DNA from: Novakomyces olei
Taxonomy: Eukaryota
Direction of reading: 5' to 3'
DNA: 64,000 bases
Assembly: GCA_016906335.1 (NCBI GenBank)
Contig: JADEYG010000015.1
Span: 186,001-250,000, forward strand
The notes under the pieces are model-generated. The model was not told the origin of the DNA, did no database searches, and saw only the letters and a list, made by a program, of their open reading frames with translations. The position numbers and the translations under genes are program-made. This document shows positions 10,782 through 23,381 of the stretch, piece after piece (position 1 is the first letter of the stretch; each line of letters begins with the position of its first letter).

Positions 10782-13298
10782 TCATTCAAAAGGATCATAT
10801 TCTCCAGTAAAGACATGCAATATACCAGGACGAAGGCCTCGGTTATCGAGAGCCGTTTGCAAATCCACCGCCCGAGCGAGATTGACGTCGATAATTCCGC
10901 GTTTGTAAATATAGCAAGAAATTGTATTGGACATTGTTGCAGCACGATACTCGAAGACACACGATCGATCTGGTAAAATTTCCGTATGATTATAGAGATC
11001 AGATTCCGGACCCGAATGATCTCTGCCTTCTTTTAAGATTGCACCGTTTTTATCCCCCTTCCTCTGCGTATTGTCCGTCGAAATTGCATGCAAATATCTG
11101 TGCCCTTCTACATTGTCAACGGCATCGATGCCCATTTGCTCTATTATTCGTTTGCGCTTCAAAACGTCATTCAGTTGGACTTTTAACCTTCCGCGCTCTT
11201 TGAAAAGAGCGTTTACTGACGTCTTTTTGAGAGCTCTTTTGTCTTGCGAATCACAAGGTCTCTTCAAACACGTTTGCGTATGAGCTGGGTCAGCGTTTTC
11301 TGGTACTGCTTTTGCAAAATAGACTCCAGTTTTGTCTCTGGATTTACTGTGTCCCGTCTTGTTAGCTGCTCCAGGGTCGATGTTCTTCTGCACCAAAGTC
11401 AGGGGCATATTTTCACCGTGCCTGACTCTAAAGTATCGAGGTCCAGTCTCGCCAGCGCTGCGAGGAGGTACCAGTCCACTAGTCGTATGATCAAATTCAA
11501 GTATTGTCTTCTTCGAAATCTGTCTGGGGGTTTCTGTAATCGAATTTGATAGTACACTTGGGTTTAATTCCATCGGTGGTTCTTTTGTAGAGCCGAGCAA
11601 AGTTCGGCCTTTGGTAGTGCCTCTTTCTTCTCCACTTGATTCTGTGTTTTTTTCCGCTAACTTCGGGGCCACCACACTGTCTTCATTATCGTTAATGACA
11701 TCAACACCTTTATTGTCAGTAATTTTTAATATATTTCAAATCCATTTAACTAGTTTTTAATTGATAAACTAGTTAATTGATTCTTCTTTTTCTTCTTCTT
11801 TTTTTCCCTCTTGTCAATCTCGACATACCCGTACTTTTCCTTGAAGATTCTGTAATCTCATAGTTTTGCAAAACTTTACTCTCATTGTTGTTGCTTTTCT
11901 CCTTTTCTGTCGGCCCATTTATACTATCATTTCTCTTTGGCTCTTTTTGTACTTTTACAACCCTCTGTACGTATTCTTTCCGAGCAGCAGCTTTTTCATT
12001 TGACAGATTATCGCTCTCATCTTCGTTAATGATGATATTTTCCCTACTGTCTCGTTCTTTGGACCTCCCTGTAGTTTCGATGGCAATTCTTTCCAAGCTG
12101 CTCTTACTCCCTGTCGTTTCCGAATTCTCCTTGTAAACTGCCTCAAACAATTCTTCAACTGCCTGCAAAACTGCCTCTGTGTCCTCGAAAAAAACCATAT
12201 CCTTTGCCGGTTCCACATTGGCATCATACGAGCCTTCTTCCGTCGTTAGAGACACATACACAAAAGGTCGCACACCAGCTAAAGGCGCAAACGACTGTTG
12301 AAATCGCCTCACTATAGCTTTTCCAAGCTCACGGCCAATAGTAATCGGCCGTGCATCCACACAAACGCACGACTCTTGCAAGGACGCAGTAGGCCAGTCC
12401 TTTGGCAGCAGAGTTTTACAGCTTGGTTTGGGTATAAAAGCTTTAATATATACATTATTGCTAGTATGCTGCTTCCAAAAGTGACTTGTACCAATAGCAG
12501 TTCCAAGGATTTGACAGAACCGGCTAGTCTCATCCTTGTTTGCCGGTATAGAAAGCTCAAGACGGCTGCCTTTTCCTGATTTGCAAGTCAAGGTGAACCT
12601 CGCATTATGTGATAGAGCATAAGATTGGATTAAAGACTTGACGCGCAAAGATATGCGATTTGCAGCTCGACGAAGAGCCTCGCGTCTAACTGGCAAACGC
12701 TCAAACGGTCCTGAAACCTGTACACTTGTTCCCTCTGGATGAGCTTCCGGCTTGCATCTAAAAAATTAGAAATGCTGGCAAAAAAATAATTTGAGAACAA
12801 AGAAATAAAATAAAATATTAAACAAAAACCAACGAAAACAAAATAAAAAAGGCATTAAATCAAGATTTTATTTCCAAATTTTCAAAACAAAACTTACGAT
12901 ATTAACGTACCTGCCGCGTCATAGACAGCAGTGTTTCCAATGGCATCGTCGTGTGTACGCGTTTCGACGCGTACACTCGCAGCAATTTCGCAAATACTCG
13001 CTAATGCTTCACCTCGAAATCCAAGAGTACGCACTGATTGCAGATCGCTAAATACACTAATTTTACTTGTACAATAACGCGAGCAGGCGCGCCAAAGGTC
13101 ATCATGGCTAATGCCGCTCCCATTGTCCTTCACCGTGATTCCAGAAACGCCATTAGCATCCAGAATTACTTGAATATTCGTGGCGTTCGCGTCAAGGGCA
13201 TTTTCCACAAGCTCTTTAACAATTGACACGGCATCTACAACGACTTGGCCCGATACAAGGGAGCGAACACACTCGGTATCAAGAACAGCAATCGGCAT
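10782..13298 (-). CDS. MutL-family protein (Mlh2/human PMS1-like); exons 13298-12898, 12757-11829, 11707-10782
   Basis: GHKL ATPase motifs VKELVENALDA, VKDNGSGI, TSKI, LGFRGEALASI; transducer YDANVEPAKD; in-frame splice junctions; 3' end less certain. Confidence 0.85.
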
Positions 13299-13327
13299 CT
13301 GATGTCACATTGAATAAATATTATTAA

Positions 13328-13648
<321 letters not shown>

Positions 13649-13700
13649 TATTACATTTTTTATATTTATTCTCGTGGTCATAAATGCTATGTAGCTATTG

Positions 13701-15832
13701 ATGCGAGCATCTGGCCTGTTTAGCCCACCGTTGCGTGTACCAATCAGTCATGCGCTCCGCAAGACAGCGTGTACATTGTCATTGTTGCAGTTACGCTTTA
13801 ATTCTTACTCTAACCCCTTAATATATGCACTGTCGACAGCGCCTGGTAAGAGTGCACTCTCAGTATTCAGAGTCTCCGGTCCAGATGCGATAAAGGTTGG
13901 ATGAATCATCGATATTTTACGACTTATTTCTTTCTTTTTATTTTAAAAAATGTTTTTTTTTTAATTTTTTTTTTTTTTTTGTCTATTGTTCGTGCTGATT
14001 CAACAGGTCTACGAGTTAATGTGCCCTGGGCAAAAACTGCCTCTTCCTCGAGTCGCAAATCTGCGCACAATAACGAACCCGGTCACTATGCAGATAATCG
14101 ATCAAGGTCTCGTTTTCCGTTTTGCTGCTCCTCATTCTTTTACTGGGGAAGATATGCTTGAGTTTCAGGTTCATGGTGGAACTGCTGTTGCACGTGCAAT
14201 GCTGCAAGGCTTCGCTGATACTGCAAAGGCAGGCGATTTGCCTTTACGAATGGCTGAGCCTGGCGAGTTTTCGTTCCGAGCAGTAGAAAATAACAAGCTA
14301 GGCCTTACACAGGCAGAAGGATTGGCTGATATCATAAATGCGCAAACGGAGTATCAGCGAGCGGCTGCTTATTCCCAATCTCAGGTGAGTATTTGGACTG
14401 TTTGCCATGGGAGCTATGCTTTCGTGTACCTTTTCACTATCATAAATGACAGTTTCTATTTAATTTTAATTTTAATTTTAATTTTAATTTTTTATTTGTT
14501 TCTCTTTTATTATTGTTGTTGCAAAATTAGTATACATTCAACCTTATTCTTGGAGTATATTACCATTCACACGTTTTCCATTCGAGAGTACTAATGGCCA
14601 GGGAGGTCTGCAAGCATTGTACACAGAATGGCGGCAGCAAATAATCCAAAGTCGTGGACTGGTGGAGGCGGTTATAGACTTTTCGGAGGAGGACCAAGTG
14701 GATGAAGGAATAATGCCACAGATTAAGGAGACCGTAGAGCGACTGAAAAACACGCTTTTAAAGCATATGCAATCTTCTTTGCGAGGAGAAATATTACGAC
14801 AGGGAGTTCGTGTCGTTATTGTTGGACCGCCCAACGCTGGAAAATCGTCACTGCTAAACGCGCTAGTTCAACGGTCTGCTAGTATCGTTTCACCCCAGCC
14901 AGGTATGAAGTTTATTCTTGACTTTTTACCCTCGCGTCACACATGTCTTTTTATTAAAAAGCATTTATTCTAGACCTATTTTAATTATTTCAATTATTTT
15001 AATTATTTTAATTATTTTAATTATTTTAATTATTTCAATTGTTTTATTTGTTTTATTTGTATATTTCTTTATTTTAATACAATACCATATTCAAGAATCA
15101 TAATCTCTTGATTAAAATTCCCCATGATCGGTTCTAACGGCAGGAACGACACGAGACGTGGTGCAAGTTTCCCTCGATATTGGAGGAATTCCCGTTGTAT
15201 TGAGCGATACGGCAGGAATACGCAGTGGTGCTTTGGACGTGGTTGAGCAAGAAGGAATAAGGAGAGCACAGGATCAGATTGAGCAGGCTCACGTAATCCT
15301 GTTTCTTGTTCCTGTTGCGTATACAGACACTGATCTCGGCGTGATAGCAGAGACCAATGCTCGACTAGATGAGCAGAAGACTGTTGCAGTACTCAACAAA
15401 ATTGATACTTTAACCGATAAAACCGCGGCTCAAGTTGCCCGTGAATTACGGCTAGAATTGCGGGAAAAGCTCGTGCAAATTACAGGAAATAATACGTTAA
15501 AAAATGAAGTGGTTGAAGCAAACTTCCCAGCGCTGTCGTGTACAACGCGTGAAAACTTGGACGCTTTCCTTTGTCAATTAGAAGGCATTATCAAATCTGT
15601 GGTCGGAAACGACTCGGGTCACATTAGTTTAGGAACAAATGCTCGGCATCGTCAACATACACAAGCGTGCATTGACGCACTAAACCGGTTTTCTGATGCA
15701 GTAGATTTTGATATCGTTGTTGCAGCGCAAGAATTACGATGTGCAAGCGATGAACTCGGCCGGGTTTGCGGCTATGTCGATATTGAAGATGTACTAGGCC
15801 AGATATTTTCCGATTTTTGTATCGGAAAATAA
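13701..15832 (+). CDS. mss1: Mitochondrial tRNA-modification GTPase MnmE/TrmE; exons 13701-13895, 14007-14384, 14602-14902, 15144-15832
   Basis: IYALSTAPGKSA, SFTGED..EFQVHGG, AEPGEF, GPPNAGKSS, GTTRD, DTAGIR, NKID, C-terminal FCIGK. Confidence 0.95.
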
Positions 15833-16112
15833 AGGCGCGTAGAAAATTTGGTATCGTTAGCGGAGTATAATGGCATAAATGGCCTTCTGGTCTGACTTTA
15901 TAGTTGAAAGATCATACTGAGATCTAGTTTGGTTCAAAACCTAGTAATATGAGGTATAGACATGAGTGAGTGAAGCTGAGAAGTAATAATGATCAATTGG
16001 CCATCGTCGTCATTGTCATCGTCATCGTCAATTTTCTGTAATTAATTGGAATATCAAACGGCCGAGCTCCTTTCCAAATCCTTAACCGTCGCGAAATCCA
16101 AACAATAATAAC

Positions 16113-16361
16113 TTAAACTTGGTCATGAAACTCTCTGTCGTCTCTGGGCGACTCTAAATCATTATCAGGAGGAATTGTTGCCTCCTCCTCTTCCAAACGG
16201 ATCCGACCTTCTCTTTGCGGGAAAAACTCGCGCAACGGGATTCGACGGATTAACTGAGGCACTCGTTGGAAGGATCGACGAAAGGCAAATACTATAATAC
16301 AAAATGCAATTGCTGAAAGCGCTAGCGTAAACCAACCCATAATCCTCGAGACTGTACCCAT
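16113..16361 (-). CDS. Small single-pass membrane protein (82 aa), unknown function
   Basis: ATG at 16361: MGTVSRIMGWFTLALSAIAFCIIVFAFRR...; hydrophobic helix, basic stop-transfer, acidic tail; coding-like GC content. Confidence 0.6.
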   Translation of the reverse strand: MGTVSRIMGWFTLALSAIAFCIIVFAFRRSFQRVPQLIRRIPLREFFPQREGRIRLEEEEATIPPDNDLESPRDDREFHDQV

Positions 16362-16459
16362 GTCGGCGGCGGTTCGGCGAGAGTGATTAGATAAATTATG
16401 TGGAGAAATGGCGATAATTAATTCTATCAAAGCTGGGAAATTTGCTTGTTTATATTTAC

Positions 16460-16744
<285 letters not shown>

Positions 16745-16750
16745 ATTCTA

Positions 16751-18853
16751 CTATACACAGGCAAACTCCACATTGTCCCAATCCGCAATGGGTCGTGTAC
16801 GCTCCAGCGCTAGCGAATACTCTAGATCCTTCTTCGCTTGCTCTCCGTACCCGAGTTCCTGATGAACTGTCCCCAAAAGCAGCCAGGCTTCTGCACAACT
16901 CCAGCCGTCCTGCCTTGTGGCAATATCCAGTAACTCATCGGCCCGATGAAGTGAAGCTGGTTCTGATGCCTTTGCCACTTCAATCAGCATGCCAGCGAGT
17001 GCTACTGCTACCGCACAGTTATCTGGCTCAAGAAAAAGCGCCCTCTCCAGCGTCTCAACAGCCTCATCGATTTTCCCAAGGGCGTAAAGAAAGCAGCTAT
17101 AGGCAACGCTATAGTCACTCTCGTCCGGAAGCAGCTCACTGGCCTCTGCCAAGGCTTGAGCACACAGCTCTGTGTCTGCATTTTCCAATGTCACGGAGGC
17201 ATAAGCCAGCCAGAGCGTCTGAATGGCTTTTTTCTGTCTATTCTCCGCCAGCTCGTTTGTATGAGAGAGCAATTGACCCGACTCGAGTGTCGACGGCCGC
17301 ACTGACAAACTTGCTGCCTTTTCCCCACGCGACTTGAACCTGAACAGCTTACGCGAGTCTTGACGCGCAACTTTAGACTCGATTGCCTTGTCAGCGGAGG
17401 CTGCTGCACTCACGTTACTCGTTATTGATCTGGCATCACTAGTAGCGAGAGCAGACAGGTCAAAGGCGGCCTTGAGAGCTGCCTCTGCCGCTTCCGGGCC
17501 ATTGATTACATTTTCCAGCTTTATCAGAGTAGCATGAACCCTTTGAATGGCAATATAATCATCAATAGCAAAGTACCAGGGCACATTGAGAGAAGTAGAG
17601 CGTTCAAACAGCTCAATTGCCACAATGCAAGTCTGGCGCGCCACTTGTAATTGGTGCGTTGCACTGTACAGTAAAGCCAGTAGATGGTAGGCCGAGTAAT
17701 TGTCGGGTTTAAGCCTTAGCGATTTCTTCACAGATCCCATTGCCGCCGCCAAGTCTAGATTTTTCGCCTTTAAAAACCCTCTGTGGAACCATACTTGCCA
17801 CTGCGTGTCGTCCAGGGCTAATGACTCGTCAAAATCGGATTCTGCCTGTGCCTGCAATGCACCACGTTCAACGTTATCCGCACTAAATGATTGAAGCGCA
17901 GTTATAAAGCCTCGAGCGTGTAGTATTTTAGGGGCAAGCTTAGCTGCCAAATTTTGCTGCTCTCGGCCTTTACTGGGGCCTTTATTGGGGTTTCCATCGT
18001 TCCTCAATTCTTTCTGCTTTCCTTGGCCACTCGGCTCTGCCGAGTCCATTTCGTTTCCTTCCTCTCCATCTACTTGCCCCTCTCCTTGCCCCTCTTCTCG
18101 CTCAATTTTTGTACATTTTTCATGCAGTCTAAACGACTCGGCAATGTACGCCCGTGCTCTACGCATCTCGCTATTCTGAGCAAGATAAATGGCCCCCTCG
18201 GCAAAAGCCTGGACGGCTACTGTTCCGTCTTCAGCCTCCTCCTCAGACTCTTCTGTTTCAATATGCGCAGTCTCGCGCATTGCCCTCTCTATTGTAGCCG
18301 CATCTGTTTCCTCGGCTTTAAGCACGACCATTCGGTAAGCGTCTAGAGCACGAATTGCCTCTGGCACCATGTGCAGGGTGCGGTAGCACTGGAAAAGGCC
18401 TCGTAGAACAACAGGCTGCTGGAAGGTTACAGTGGACGCCTCATACAGAAGGGGCACCAGCTGTGCGGCGGCCAGCGAGTCGCATCCACTCAGTTCCCAA
18501 TGCGCCAGCATTAGCTGGAGCACTATAGCGGCCGACACGTTTTTGGCTCCTGCCTGAGGGAACGAGGACTGCATAACAATATCCCTGTGGCAGACTTCCA
18601 AGACCAATGCCAATTCAGACTGGAGCCTTTGGCACTGCTCGTCCTGCACGCGCTCAAGCACTGAAAGGCTCTCCGCCCGCCTTTGGTTTTCCTGCACTAA
18701 CAGTCGGGCCAAGTGTAACAGATTTTGCGTCTCTTGCAAACTCGCTTTATGGGCGCCTTTTTGTAGTCGCACAGAACTGTACTTGGCATACTCGGCCCGC
18801 AGCCGAGTGAGGAGAGCGCTCGCCTCCTCTTGCGCGGCGTCATTGTAGGCCAT
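16751..18853 (-). CDS. ypp1: TPR-repeat protein, Ypp1/TTC7 family (PI4-kinase scaffold)
   Basis: Multiple TPR-like helices; AYHLLALLYSA and C-terminal GWSCAEAWLLLG...SLALERTRPI resemble TTC7/Ypp1. Confidence 0.7.
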   Translation of the reverse strand: MAYNDAAQEEASALLTRLRAEYAKYSSVRLQKGAHKASLQETQNLLHLARLLVQENQRRAESLSVLERVQDEQCQRLQSELALVLEVCHRDIVMQSSFPQAGAKNVSAAIVLQLMLAHWELSGCDSLAAAQLVPLLYEASTVTFQQPVVLRGLFQCYRTLHMVPEAIRALDAYRMVVLKAEETDAATIERAMRETAHIETEESEEEAEDGTVAVQAFAEGAIYLAQNSEMRRARAYIAESFRLHEKCTKIEREEGQGEGQVDGEEGNEMDSAEPSGQGKQKELRNDGNPNKGPSKGREQQNLAAKLAPKILHARGFITALQSFSADNVERGALQAQAESDFDESLALDDTQWQVWFHRGFLKAKNLDLAAAMGSVKKSLRLKPDNYSAYHLLALLYSATHQLQVARQTCIVAIELFERSTSLNVPWYFAIDDYIAIQRVHATLIKLENVINGPEAAEAALKAAFDLSALATSDARSITSNVSAAASADKAIESKVARQDSRKLFRFKSRGEKAASLSVRPSTLESGQLLSHTNELAENRQKKAIQTLWLAYASVTLENADTELCAQALAEASELLPDESDYSVAYSCFLYALGKIDEAVETLERALFLEPDNCAVAVALAGMLIEVAKASEPASLHRADELLDIATRQDGWSCAEAWLLLGTVHQELGYGEQAKKDLEYSLALERTRPIADWDNVEFACV

Positions 18854-19336
18854 TCGCCCTGGATTTGGAGGGTTTTAGTAAGGCCTCATTGCCAGAGTCG
18901 ACTGCTTTTTGTATTAAATATTGAAATAATACACAAGAGACTACTAAATGTATGTATATATTATAATATATATTAAATAAATAAATAAATAATATAAATA
19001 ATATAAATAATATAAATAATATAAATAATATAAATACTGTGGTTATTCTTATTTTCATTTTTATTATCGTTCTTCCAATAATTTCTAGCTGAAAACATAT
19101 ACAAATTTCCAGCCAATTATAAATCCGCTACGTGCACAGGAATCCATCAATTACATAAAAAGGTTTACAAACACGGTATATCTTTTGCACAAACTTAACC
19201 CAATTTTTTTTTATTTGATTCTCATTTATCAGATTTATCCATTTATCAGTTTTCATTTTTATTTTCATTTATCAGGTTTTATTTTCGATATTTTCAAGGC
19301 AGTCGGAACCTCTCGAGGCTTGGAAAGCTGGCGAAT

Positions 19337-20695
19337 ATGGCGTCCAGTAACGGCGACCTTGAGCCGTACAGTTTTTCGTGCCAAACTTGTGCCGTGATTT
19401 TCCGGTCGGCAGAGCAGCAGCGGCACCATTGGAAAAGCGACTGGCACCGCTACAATCTCAAGCGCAAGGTTGCACAGATGGCGCCAGTTACAGCACAAAC
19501 TTTTGCTGAAAAAGTACTGGAGGCAGCTGAGCCTGAACCCGCACCCAGCGAGCACTATTGTTCTACCTGTCAAAAGGACTTTGCGACTGAAAATGCCTAT
19601 GCCAATCATATTTCTTCAAAGAGGCACTCTATGGCGGTTCGGCAGGCGAAACGGAACGGAGAGGGTAAATTTAAGTCTGAACAAAACTTGAACGGACAAA
19701 ACTCGGCCGAGTCGGAGACCGATTTGCGAAATGAAGAGGCAGTGCACAGTAAACCCAGCGGGCAGAATAAAATAAACGGAAAAGCTGCGAAAGCTGCAGA
19801 GGGAGAAGCAGACGGAACTGACTCTAAGGGAGAAGCTGCGACCACACTGGACGAGTACGATTGTCTGTTTTGTACGGAAAGGAGCGTGGACGTTGGAGCA
19901 AATGTAATACACATGTTTAGTCGGCATAACCTTTCTATCCCTGAGCAGGATTACCTTACGGATTTGCGTGGATTGTTGCTCTACCTCGCCCGCAAAATGA
20001 GTGAGGGGTCTACATGTATAGCGTGCAATAGGCAAGCAAGGTCGCTCGAAGGTGTCCGCCAACACATCCAGCAAAAAGGGCATTTCCGGATCGCGTATGA
20101 CACGGAGGACGAAATGCTGGAGCTCGGTGACTACTATGATTTCCGGTCGTCTTACCCCGACGCTATAGACTCGGAAGCAAATAGGGTTAGGGTTAATGAT
20201 GATTCTGAGTCACAAGACGGAGATGAATCGGAAGATGCGGAAATTATCAGAGCAAGCGACTTGGATTCTGAAGATATGCAGGATTGGGAGAGTGCAGAAA
20301 GCAGTGATAACGGCACTGATTCCGATTCTGATAGCATTGCTTCAGAAGATATTGGTGCGCTTGAAATAGATCCGGAAAGTTTAGAGATGACATTGCCTTC
20401 AGGCGCTCGGGTCGGCCACCGTTCTCTGTCGCGATACTTTAGGCAGCACCTGCGAGACCGAGGATTTCAGGAAAACGCTAGCAATAGACGATACACTTCA
20501 ACTGCAACCGGTCTGAGTCGGAGGCAGCAAGCTTCAAACAGCGTCAAGGGCCTTTCAGCTGAGCAATTACAGTACGCCCAGGGCCGTAAATTACGGGTGG
20601 CCGAGCGCGCTCAGCAGGCTCAGCAGCGGTACGCTATGCGCATGGGCATGAAACACAATCATCAAAAGCATTACCGGGATCAGTTACTGCAGTAA
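19337..20695 (+). CDS. rei1: Cytoplasmic pre-60S maturation zinc-finger protein Rei1/Reh1 (ZNF622)
   Basis: CQTC..HWKSDWHRYNLKRKVA, C2H2 fingers, CLFC, YYDFRSSY, LPSGARVGHRSLSRYFRQ, KHYRDQLLQ end. Confidence 0.95.
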   Translation: MASSNGDLEPYSFSCQTCAVIFRSAEQQRHHWKSDWHRYNLKRKVAQMAPVTAQTFAEKVLEAAEPEPAPSEHYCSTCQKDFATENAYANHISSKRHSMAVRQAKRNGEGKFKSEQNLNGQNSAESETDLRNEEAVHSKPSGQNKINGKAAKAAEGEADGTDSKGEAATTLDEYDCLFCTERSVDVGANVIHMFSRHNLSIPEQDYLTDLRGLLLYLARKMSEGSTCIACNRQARSLEGVRQHIQQKGHFRIAYDTEDEMLELGDYYDFRSSYPDAIDSEANRVRVNDDSESQDGDESEDAEIIRASDLDSEDMQDWESAESSDNGTDSDSDSIASEDIGALEIDPESLEMTLPSGARVGHRSLSRYFRQHLRDRGFQENASNRRYTSTATGLSRRQQASNSVKGLSAEQLQYAQGRKLRVAERAQQAQQRYAMRMGMKHNHQKHYRDQLLQ

Positions 20696-20765
20696 TGGTA
20701 CCGATTTGCATGTTGGAAGAGACTGAGCGGGTGCACAGTACGATTATATGACGATTTTGTATGAT

Positions 20766-20796
<31 letters not shown>

Positions 20797-21093
20797 TATG
20801 TTTTTTCTTTTTCAACTTCAATTTTTTGTTTTTTTTTTAATTTTTTGTTTTTTTATTTTCTATTTTGTGTGTGTAGATTTATATCGAATTATTACATACA
20901 ATAGAGTGAGTTATGAGGATAGATCAATGTCAGGACTGCGTGTACTAAAAAATCTGTTTTTAATTGCCTTTATATATTATGCGTGTTTGTGTAGTAATGT
21001 TGACCCTGACCCTAATATTACTGTTGTATTATAATTTAGTTGTATTTAAAAATGGGTGTTTTTCTAACGATAAATACTTGGCGTGAGCGTGTC

Positions 21094-21340
21094 ACGCGAA
21101 TCTTACTTGGCATAATAACCTATTCCAGCCACGCGTTTCCTAGAGATTGCACACGAGAACCCGCAAGGATTGGTGTCCTTGATTCGGGTTTAAAGAGCAC
21201 TGCTTGTTTCCGAGTATACAATCAGCAGCTCAAAGCTGTATTATGTCTATCGGCCCAGACGCGTAAAACCAAGCTTAAAGCTTCGACAGAGACGCGGTCG
21301 TCGTCTATTGTTTTGAAGTAAACAAGTGAATCAGACGCGT
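21094..21340. promoter_or_regulatory. Cluster of MCB-like (ACGCGT) elements upstream of the Kch-family gene
   Basis: ACGCGT at 21131, 21259, 21335; ACGCGA at 21094; ACGCGG at 21292. Confidence 0.45.
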
Positions 21341-21537
21341 CAAATCTTTTGCTTAGACTAGAAGATTTGAAAACAAGAGACTTGGCTCAGCTCATCTGCC
21401 TGGATTGCCGTTGAGTGCTTGATTTAGTATCTTTACTCTATCAGCCCTTTGTTTACTATTTCAATTCTGCTTCAATTCTGCCTGAATTCTGCCTTTATTC
21501 TGCTTTTCCAAAACGCATTTTGATCAGTCAAGGTCCA

Positions 21538-22947
21538 ATGGGCTGTTGCAAAGCGTCACGGTGGCGCCGTGAACATATTCCAGACCACAAACTGCGGTAC
21601 ATTGATATTCATTCATACAGAAAAAAGACGTTTTCTAAAATTTTTGGGTACATCTTTGTTTATCTCGGAATCGGTCGTTCAGTGGCCATCTTGGGCTTTG
21701 ATATCTGGACGTGTATCTGTCTGATCGCGCTGAACCAATGGACTTCATCTGTTTCTACGGGAATATCCTTCAAAGTCATCCGTTGGCTGTTTTCCGCTTG
21801 CATTTTTCTCAGTATCCTTTTGCTCTTGTGGGACTGGTACGTGGCACGACGCGTAATTCGGTCCGGCGATGTTGCCTGTATTTACACAAACCTGATTGCC
21901 AATCGCTGGTACTGTTTGAAAAATTATTCTTATTTTTGCTTTTTCGATTCTCTTTCCAATGGCCGTGATTGCACGGACACTGTGGCCTTTTGGACTTTTC
22001 TCTCCTACACCGGGTACAAAAGGCTCATTCTCAGTGAAGGGCCCAGGCAGGTTATCAACGGCTATTCCCTTTACAAACTGCTGCTCGACCACCATTTCTC
22101 AACCAATATAAACGACTATACGAATCCGCCCCTCCGTTTTGTCGCTATTTGCTTCATGTGCCTTTCCATCCTGCTATGGCTCTTTTCAGCAGCACGAATA
22201 GTTATTGCCAGCGTGTTTTATTTGCCCTTGTTGTGTGCAATTCAAGGCAGCCTGGAGGATTACGTCTACCATAAAATCGACAAGCGAGTTGAGGCTCTGG
22301 CGGAAAAGAAACGAAGGCAACGCAAAGCTAAATTTGAAAACAACAAGTTTGCCGCTTCTCCTCTATCAGCCGCTGATCAAAAGCCGTTTGCCACAGCTGT
22401 AGTTAAGCCAACACTGCCAAAGATTGATTTCAACGAGTACGAAAAGGAGGAATTGGAATACGAAAAACTTGCGTTGGCTAAAGACGTGCAAAGACCTGCA
22501 CTTGCCACACAGCCTTCCTATGCTACACTGCCAGCGTATGAGCCCGTGCCTGCAATGGTCCAACCGGGTCTGCCTGTGCCTCCTTTGCCGAGCTATTCGT
22601 CCTCACAGAGGATGACTTCAAAGGCAATTGCCGAAGCACAAGCACCTAAATCTTATCGTGGAACTAGTGCTAAATATGGGCAAAATGACGCTCGTGATCG
22701 CGGCCGGGCGGTCGGCAACTACAGCAATTACCCGGACTCTTCAGGCCCAAGGTTTGAGAGAAATGCAGAAAGGCGTACAGGGGCACATGCGTTTAGCCAG
22801 GAAAACGATCCGGCAAGAAGGGCGGGAAATCTACCGCAAAATACGGTGGGCAATGCACAAAGGAGTACGGGACGTTTACCGACGCAGTCTCGCGGGTTCG
22901 AGTCTCGCCCGGTTCAACGGCAAGTGCAGAGAAAGTACCATGATTAG
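21538..22947 (+). CDS. Kch1/Prm6-family fungal potassium transporter-like membrane protein
   Basis: WRREHIPDHKLRYIDI N-terminus, TM segments, EGPRQVING, LEDYVYHKIDKR and KPTLP motifs; disordered C-tail; ATG at 21538. Confidence 0.75.
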   Translation: MGCCKASRWRREHIPDHKLRYIDIHSYRKKTFSKIFGYIFVYLGIGRSVAILGFDIWTCICLIALNQWTSSVSTGISFKVIRWLFSACIFLSILLLLWDWYVARRVIRSGDVACIYTNLIANRWYCLKNYSYFCFFDSLSNGRDCTDTVAFWTFLSYTGYKRLILSEGPRQVINGYSLYKLLLDHHFSTNINDYTNPPLRFVAICFMCLSILLWLFSAARIVIASVFYLPLLCAIQGSLEDYVYHKIDKRVEALAEKKRRQRKAKFENNKFAASPLSAADQKPFATAVVKPTLPKIDFNEYEKEELEYEKLALAKDVQRPALATQPSYATLPAYEPVPAMVQPGLPVPPLPSYSSSQRMTSKAIAEAQAPKSYRGTSAKYGQNDARDRGRAVGNYSNYPDSSGPRFERNAERRTGAHAFSQENDPARRAGNLPQNTVGNAQRSTGRLPTQSRGFESRPVQRQVQRKYHD

Positions 22948-23381
22948 TAGAGGAGACAAGAGGGATAAACGGAAATGGAGGATAATAGGAAACAAGGAAA
23001 ACAAAACTACAGAAGCGAAGCGTACGGCGGGCCGTGCACGCTTGATACCCAAGGTCGATTTTCTAAACATTTTTATTATACATATATCATACATCACATG
23101 TTGATCGCGTTCATATTTACTCTAGTGCAAGCCCCGCATTCCGGGTCGTTTAAACACTGGCAATAGTAACAATTCAGGACCCAATCAATTAACACTAAAA
23201 TATATTACACAATGTCAAGACGGGCCTTGTAACAAGTTTGAAACATTCGGGCTTTTCCATTGATCCACTGGCAAACTTCTACCGGTCCACCAGGCAACCG
23301 TAATCGTAAACAAAAACAAAGCAGGCTTTTAATAACGGAAAACAAAAGGCTAAACATAAACCAAACATGGTTTCAGCAGCG

